64,000 bases of DNA. It comes from Octopus sinensis (taxonomy: Eukaryota). Numbering within the stretch: position 1 is the first letter of the stretch; the number at the start of each line of letters is the position of its first letter. The notes below the pieces were generated by a model that saw only the letters and a program-made list of their open reading frames with translations, made no database searches and was not told where the DNA came from. The stretch lies in contig NC_043023.1 of the NCBI RefSeq assembly GCF_006345805.1, positions 17,980,001-18,044,000 on the forward strand, given 5' to 3'. Positions 1-64,000 of the stretch are shown here, piece after piece. A program made the position numbers and the translations under genes.

Positions 1-709
1 ATTTATCCCTTTCTTAAACAGCTCTACCCTCCTGATCTTAATATATTTATAAGGGCCTTTATATAAATAACCCTTCTAATTAAGTACCCCTAAGAAACTA
101 GAAATGTCATGATTGGAGTAATAATGATAACTTCTTAAAACTATAGTTTTAACAAATAGTGAAAATTAGAATGTCCTATAACTTAAATATTCCTTTAGCT
201 AATACCAGGTATCAGTATTTTATTGATACTAGCTAAATAAGTAAATATATAATTTTTAGTCTAATATATTTTGAATTATTATACATTTTATATAAGTCTT
301 CTCTGTTGTTGTTAATAATCTACATACACGTTATCATGCTTCCATCTCACCATACAATAGTGATTAAGCTATTTTATTCTTTTTCTAGGGTGTTCTGCCC
401 TACCCGATTATTTTCTTCCTTTATTTTTATATAATTAGCCTTTATGTATTTATGAAATAAATGTAATTTTTCACATCTATAAATTCATACTTAGTTTATA
501 TAAAACAATACTGGTATATTCACTACTTATAATAAACTGCTTAGTTTATAATTTAATTAATATATATGTTCTTTTACTTCAGTATTCCTTTATTAAATAC
601 CAGTATATACCAATTAATAAATATTCACAGATACCATCTGATGAGTCAGTATTTCAGTATATAATATGTATAATTTTTAAAATATTTCTGGATAATTTCT
701 TATACCAGG

Positions 710-2348
<1,639 letters not shown>

Positions 2349-2377
2349 GTATATGTATGTATGTATGTATGTATGTA

Positions 2378-3583
2378 TAAACGAATTTATTTTGATATGA
2401 GGTAGCATCGCCTTTGGTGGTAATTATAGCTTGAATTCTACGAGGTATGGACTCGTACAAAATTTGAATTGTTTCCAAAGGATTTTTTGTCCCCTCTTCA
2501 GCTAAAACAATCTCCAGTCTTTGTAGTGATGATGGTGGACGATATCGACTCCTTACTTGTTTTTCTAAAATGCACCGTAAATGTTTAATCATATTGAGAT
2601 CTTGGGTCTGTGGTGGTCAGATAAGTTGTTCAACTTCATTAGAATGTTCAACGTGCCATTCAGTAGCAACTTTAGCTGTGTGAATTGGTGGAATATCATC
2701 CCTGTGAAAACAGTTTCGCAACAATAGGATGAATTGGATCAGATAAAAGGCTTAGTCTTCATTATTAATTCTGCCATGATGTCAAACATTAGGCCGGCGG
2801 ATATAAAAGATAAATCCCCCAGATCATCACAAATCCTCCTCCATGTTTAAAAGTTGGAAGAAGGCAGTCTGGGTCAAATGCTTCTTTTGACTGTCTCCAC
2901 ACGTATACTTAGCCGGTGGTCGGAAATAAGTTAAAGGATGACTCGTGTCATAAGATTGTTTCCACTGCTATAGGGGCCAATTCTGTAGGTGTTTGTTCCC
3001 CTCTAAACGTTTTGCAACGTTTGTTCTTGAAAGTATTGTTTTTATTATATCAGCCCTCCTATTAAATCCTGCTTTGTGCAGCTCTCGGCGAACGGTTTTT
3101 GTGGAAGCTAGGCTTTAGAGGTGGCCATTAATCTCTGCAGTAGTTTTGGGAGCTGCACTTTAATGATCCTTTCTAACAATTCGTGTAAGAGTCCAACAGT
3201 CCCTATCTACGTGATTTGGTTTCCTTCCGGAGTTGTTTCGACGAGCACATTTTGCCTTCTTTCTCAAAGGCTGTCATTATTTTCGAGACAGAACTTTTTG
3301 ATGCACAAAGCATTTCGGGTGTTTACGTTACGCTTGCACCTGCCATACGAGCACCAACAATTTGACCTGTTTGAAAGTTCAATATATCTGTCATTTAAAT
3401 GTATTCTAATTACCGTTTTTCTGATGACGTCTGAAAAGAAAGAGCAATCTTAGCAAAAACTATTAAGCAACACTAATAATAGATAAAAAAAACATAAAAT
3501 AAACAAGCTTTTGACGGTTTTATAGATATTTCAAAATTACGATGCTATGATGCTAGGTGTTTCCATTATTTTGTCCAACCCTA
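2378..3583 (-). mobile_element. Tc1-like DNA transposon (degenerate); 5' TIR present, 3' TIR lost in a microsatellite
   Basis: Reverse complement of TIR tagggttggacaaaataatggaaacacc at 3556-3583; transposase C-terminus LYESIPRRIQAIITTKGDATSY; same family as the copies at 17706 and 23232. Confidence 0.88.
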
Positions 3584-4953
3584 TAAATATATATATATAT
3601 AAAGTGACTTGGGTGAAAGATGTGTGTATACGAGATGAGTGTGAGCGTGTTTGCGTGTATGTGTGTGTGAAGGTGTGTGTTGTCATGTATGCATTTTCCT
3701 TGCATGTTTGTATAAGTGGCACCCTCTCTCATACACAAATATATCCATAGTACTGTGGAAGAGGAAACTATTTTTTCTTAAACTCATAAGATATAAGCAC
3801 ACACACATACACTGACAGTCTGATGCACAATGATATAGGAAATGTTACGTCGTCGTGGTCGTCGTGGAACAACATGGCCCTCACATATATTCACATACAT
3901 ATAGTAAGATAGACACACACAGATATCCATTCACGCTTATCAGTTGTCACATATGTATATGTATGTGTAGATTTTTATATTTGATAGCGTACTTAATGCT
4001 GAAAGAAACTCAGACTCACAGGCATAGATACTCATACACTCACAGTCAGTTAATTTATTTTATTGCTTTAATCGAAATGACAAAATTTCGTGTTTCACTG
4101 CCAGTCTGTTTATCTTTTTACACAGTTTCACCTCCAGCCCTCACATCCATCTAGTTACATAGGCAAACTCAGACATACATTCACGCATTTCAGTCGTCAC
4201 GTGAATATATGCATGTGTAGATGTGTGTGTGTACAATAACGTACCATGTGTATGTATGTGTGTGAGTTTTTGCCTTTCCTATTATTTTTATTGCATAAAC
4301 TAAACATTTAAGTGTCGGTGTCATGTTCAGGTTTTCTTTCCAGATCAAAGCTGTTTACCATCCCTGAATTCCCCTGGCAGTTGTGTATTTAGAAATTCAT
4401 TATTCATATTACTATTTTTTATACAAATTGATTTCTTCTACTTTTTTCGACTTCTACTTCTCCTTAATCTTCTTCGCCTTCTACTTCTCCTTAATCTTCT
4501 TTGCCTTCTACTTTTTCTTCTTTATGTCTTCTCCTGCCTCATTTCCTCCTCTCTTCTTCTTCTTTTCCTCTTCTCCTTCTCCTTCTTCTCCTTCTCCTTC
4601 TCCTTCTCCTCCTTCTCCTTCTCCTCCATCTCCTCCTCCTCCTGCTACTCCCTCTTTTTCGAATTCGCCTTAATTTTTTACTCACCCTTCTTCCTCACCC
4701 TCGTCCCCTCCTTCTGCTTCTTCTACTTTATTTTAATCATTTTCGTTCTTTTCATTTTCTTCTACTGCTTCTTTTTAATTGTTTTTCTTTTGTTTCTTCT
4801 TCTTCCACTTCATCTTCTCAATATTCTTTATTCTCATCCTCTTGTCATCATCATATCCAATACCTTACATCTAAATTTATTTTTTGCCAAAGTATTTAAT
4901 ATTTTCTTACAATTTTTTTATATGTTTGTAATGAACTCAATTTTGTGTTACAG

Positions 4954-59579
<54,626 letters not shown>

Positions 59580-60379
59580 GTAAGTAGAGTGTTTCATGTC
59601 ATTTCTATCCTCATGACAATCAACATTGGTGTTATCATCACCATCATTATGTTTGTTGTCGTCGTCGCGATCATCAGCATCATCGTAAATAGGTGATGCT
59701 ATTGCACGGACACGCGCGCTCGCACGCACATACACACACTCACACACACACACACAATACATACACATACACACACACATCTGTTTTTTTACCTTTTTCA
59801 AATCGAAATAACTTTCGGTAAATCAACAATTTATTTTGCAATTCTCTTCGTTGAAATCCCTGCTTCTCACCACTCCCAGCTGTTTCTTTTTCTAATTTTG
59901 TTTTAATTACACAAATTAGTTCAGGCCATAAACGTTGTCTATTTATTCTGTATACGTCTCAATCTTATGGAGTCAAGGTGACTGAGACGTACAAATAGGC
60001 TTCGCTTAGCTGAAAAATTTTCACAATTCGGGTGTTTCATGAATTCAAAAAGTGAAACTTTTAGATGCTACCATTCTGAGTACCAAATCATTTGGTAATG
60101 TGGAAATGTCAATTTTGAACTAGAAAGTATAACTTACAGGATTAACCCATAGCAAACAAGGACCGAAGAAAAACACCCATTCTACTCACCTCCGTGTATA
60201 AATTCTTTTTTGTTATATTTAATTTCACTTCTTTTCACCATTAATACATCTAACTTTACACAAATTAACAGCCGACACCTCATTTTCAGTTTAGATTCAA
60301 AATATTAGAAATAATGAATACAGCTTTAACTATATGAAATTTTTATTGAAATGTCATTGAAAGATTGAATATGCGGTGT

Positions 60380-61380
60380 AAGTGCAATGACGGTTTAGGA
60401 GGAAAATTCAAACAGGTTCACTTCTGCGACTTACTCAATTTAGAAATAAATTTGAAGCAGACGGAATTGTACAGAAAATTCACAAAAAAACTTTTCGGAA
60501 GCCCATGGACATCGTTGAACCTCACAAAGCAATAAAGTGTACTAGAAATGTATTGCCCTAGTTGAATGAATTCTGTGCGGCAAACGAGACGCTAAATCGG
60601 AATTTCAAAATGATACCAACGCATTTTCACGTGTTATTACTGGAAAATCTACATTCCAAGAAGAGTCTATGATTGAAAGGAAGATGCTCTGGACCAACAG
60701 ATTGGTTTTGAGCAAAAATTTATTAAAGGTGCTTATTTTCCAACTAAGATTGTTTGAAATGATGCCGTTATATTTAAATGAAATCGTTCTATGTAATCGC
60801 TACTATGGTATCCACTTGGGACCTGTGAATCTTAATATTAATAAGCAACATCCAATTAATCTATTAGAAGTTACAGTTTGGAACGTCGTATCAAAATTGA
60901 TTAATAAGAGCATTTGTTGTTGATGGCACTGTAACTGGCCCCATTTACTTGAATTTGATGCGACAATCTGTCATGTTAAGCATTGAAGAGGAATTTGAAG
61001 AGGTGGAATATTTTTTCCAGCAAGCTGTGACGTCCCAAAATTATCAAAATAATTTAATGACTTACGTTGATGAGATTTTCCCAAACAAATATTTGGAACA
61101 AGAAGTTTCGGCAGAATACAGCCTGCATTCAGCTCATCTCACATCCCTGGACTTCATTTTATGGGGACACATAAAAGATAAGGTTTTACAGTACAAAACC
61201 AGCAACAGTCGATGATTTGAAGGTAGTCATTGAACGAAAGTGCGCAGAAATATCTGGTATTTCATGAGGCTTGAAATTGCATTACTTCACGTTATAAGCG
61301 GAGCGAGGACCGAACGACTATCAGATTGGAAACGTTAATAAAATAATAATATTCTGATAATGAAATGTATTTCAATAAAC
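60380..61380 (+). mobile_element. Degenerate ITm transposon (maT/rosa-like)
   Basis: [18 protein letters not shown]...TVDDLK matches the SPDLTPLDFFLWGYLKDKV motif. Confidence 0.65.
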
Positions 61381-61799
61381 ATTTCATAAGTATTCGATGA
61401 ACATTCCAATCCCAACATCCCTAAACATCCCATCCCACCCCACCCCACCCCTTAGACCCAACCCATGCTTCCCGTACCCCCAACACCACCACATCACACA
61501 CCACACCACACCACCACATCACACACCACCACACCACACACCACCACACCCAACACTACCTCACCACACACACCAACAAACCACACCACATCACACCACT
61601 CCGCGCACACTAGCACTGACCACTTCTCAGCACCTGCACCATCATCCACACACCTGCACATGCACACACGCACACTTCAAGATCGCCAGTCCCTTTCCAC
61701 ACGCACATACACACTCTCTATACGCACGCGGTCCTTCCTTTTAGCATCACCACTACTTTAATATCTCCCCTTCTTCCTAGCTCTCGTGTGTAACCCTTT

Positions 61800-61990
61800 T
61801 GTCCGGCATTCGGCATGATAGATAGCTAGCCACTAAACCTTTTTCTGTTTTCTTTCCTTGTTTATTTCTGTGTTCCTTTCTGACGAAGAGCGTAGGCTGG
61901 AAACGTAAAAGACTTTTTTCTATTCCTGAGCGTTAAACTAATACATCTGTTTGTTGTTTACACACTCGTCTTCGTCATTTGTTTTTGTTT
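61800..61990 (+). repeat. Interspersed repeat with a minimal hammerhead motif (61876-61911)
   Basis: cuuu CUGACGA a gAGC[GUAG]GCUg GAAAC GUA aaag; the 23-kb copy has gctcgaaac at the mismatch. Confidence 0.65.
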
Positions 61991-62519
61991 AATTCTCACT
62001 ACAGATATATATATATATACCGGAGTAAACACATAAATGTGAAACAAGGTGGGAAAAAGAGTACTCAACGAGTACTCGAACGTGAAACTCCGAGTAAGAG
62101 GTTTTGTTGAATTTCTGCTGCTTATAAATAAAGTATATATATATATATATTCAATTTTCAACTCAAAGAGGCGAGTCTGGTCCTATCCTCGGGTCAAGGC
62201 ATAGAACGCATCCCCCAATATCAGCTGCGGGGCCCTACCGCATATGCTCTTTTAACCCCGTCGCATCATGCTGGTTCCAAACCTCTTTGAGCAACAACAA
62301 ACTCACTCATCCGCCTGCAAACAATCTCAAAGCTATCCTATCATTTACAAACTTTCTTGTCTCTCTCACTCCATCATTGTTAACTACCAAATGCTTTCCT
62401 TACCCCATCCATCCAACCATTCACCCATCCATCCACCCACACAAACCGAGGTCTGCCTCTGATTCTGCTCCTTACCAATTCTGCTTTCATCACCCACCTT
62501 GCCATCCGCTCCTTATCCA

Positions 62520-64000
62520 TCCTCTCCATATTGCCAAACCAACTCAGCATTCATCTATCCATGTTGTATGTTATCTATGGTAGATCTTCTCTCATTCATC
62601 CTCGCCTTCGCAGCCCGTCCTTCCTCATTCAGTCCATCTCCGTCACACCAACCATAGCCCTCAAACATTTCATCTCAAACACATCAGGTCGCCTCCTTTC
62701 CGCCACTCTTAGCCTCCACGTCTCTGCACCATATAATATTATCGGCACCATCTCACCCTCATAACACCTGTTTTCGCTTTTATCTCTCAACATACCTTTA
62801 CCAATTCCAAGTATCTTACTGTCATATCTCACTCTATATCCCACTTCATCAACCAAACCCGCATCCGTCGTCACATGTGATCCCAGATACTTAAAAAACA
62901 CTCATATCCTCTAACACCTCACCATTTATACTCACATCCATTCCATCTCACGAACATCTCATCACCTTACTCTTAGCTTCAGTTTCTTCCTCTCACATAC
63001 TCCTTTAAACTCCCAGTTGCTCTTCCGAATCCGCCGCCAGTGCTGTATCAATAGCAAATAACAACAGACTTACATGCCGTTTCTCTCCATCTTCCCCCGC
63101 CATTTTGGGCCCCCTACCAAATGTACTAACATTCGCCTCTCTCACCACACCATCAATATGTAGATTAAACTGACATGGAGTCATCACATAACCCTGTCTT
63201 AAGCCTGCCCTCACACAAAACCACTCACTCACTACACCACCCACTCTAACACATGTCATAATTTCTCTATAAAATCTCTGCACAACTCTCAACGATCTGC
63301 CATCTACTCCATACAACCGCAACACCTGTCACATTGCATCCCTATTCACACGGTCACATGCCTTTTCTAGGACCATAAAGGCCCAATACACATCCCTCCC
63401 TTTTGCCAAAAACTTCTCACTCATCTGCATTACAACGAAAATTTGATTTGCACACCCCCTTCCACTCCTGAAACCGCACTGCTCCTCGCCTAATACGTTC
63501 TTTGTCTGGTTTCTTATCCTTTCAATTTGTATTCTCTCATACAGTTTACCAGCCACACAATAGACTTTTACCCTTGAAATTTCACATTTATGCCATTTCC
63601 TCTTGTACAGTGGCACTATACAAGCACTGAACTAGTCCAGCCATATAACAAACATTCATAAGCCTCAGTAACCATTAAATCACTGTCACTCCTCTTTTCG
63701 TTAAGGATTGCACTGTACAACCATCTATACCTGGCGCCTTCCGCTTAGCGATCTTCCTCAAGGATTCTGTCACCTCCTCCCTTCGAATTAAATTGTAGTT
63801 TCATTTTCCAACAACAGGCATTCTTCTCTCTCCTCCTACAGCCACTATACTTGCCACCCTATCATCCTCCAGATTTAACAACTCACTAAAATACTCTGTC
63901 CATCTCCTTTGTACATCCGGATTTCTTTTCAACAAATTCCCTTTTACATCCTTCACACATTCTTCCCTTTCTCCAACCACCTTTCTTACTCTCTCTACTT
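62520..64000 (-). mobile_element. Degenerate RTE-clade LINE RT fragment, running off the window
   Basis: EEQCGFRSGRGC, GLRQG, LLFAIDTAL, FKYLGS, ILYGAETW, FEMKCLR. Confidence 0.88.

Noticed and set aside
4344-4382. Candidate upstream exon ttttctttccag|a tca aag...cag tt|gtgtat (SKLFTIPEFPWQL), LRRNT-like and phase 2/2
   Set aside because: Good acceptor but weak donor and too short for a normal cap; undecidable without RNA data.

Overview
AT-rich, microsatellite-dense animal genomic DNA, not prokaryotic. The SINE/LINE repertoire looks like a coleoid cephalopod (Octopus-type) genome, which is inference from repeat style only. Most of the supplied six-frame ORFs are low-complexity artefacts or transposon debris. 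Reading splice signals by hand gives one + strand gene fragment with 13 phase-compatible GT-AG exons from 4954 to 59579 (1253 coding nt, about 417 codons, no stop). It encodes an extracellular module: 7 one-exon-per-repeat LRRs, an LRRCT cap, a 12-Cys Ly6/uPAR (three-finger)-like domain and a SEA-like domain. Start codon, signal peptide and any TM region were not found in the window. The LRR exons form a phase-2/2 cassette array with duplicated intron flanks, a recent 1225-bp tandem duplicate whose differences cluster in the last 20 exon nt, and a dead exon with both splice sites mutated. Introns hold Tc1/mariner, RTE, CR1, Penelope, Gypsy, Helitron and SINE copies. One intron holds a 1-kb near-perfect palindrome (47348-48348) carrying a complete type I hammerhead ribozyme motif on each strand.
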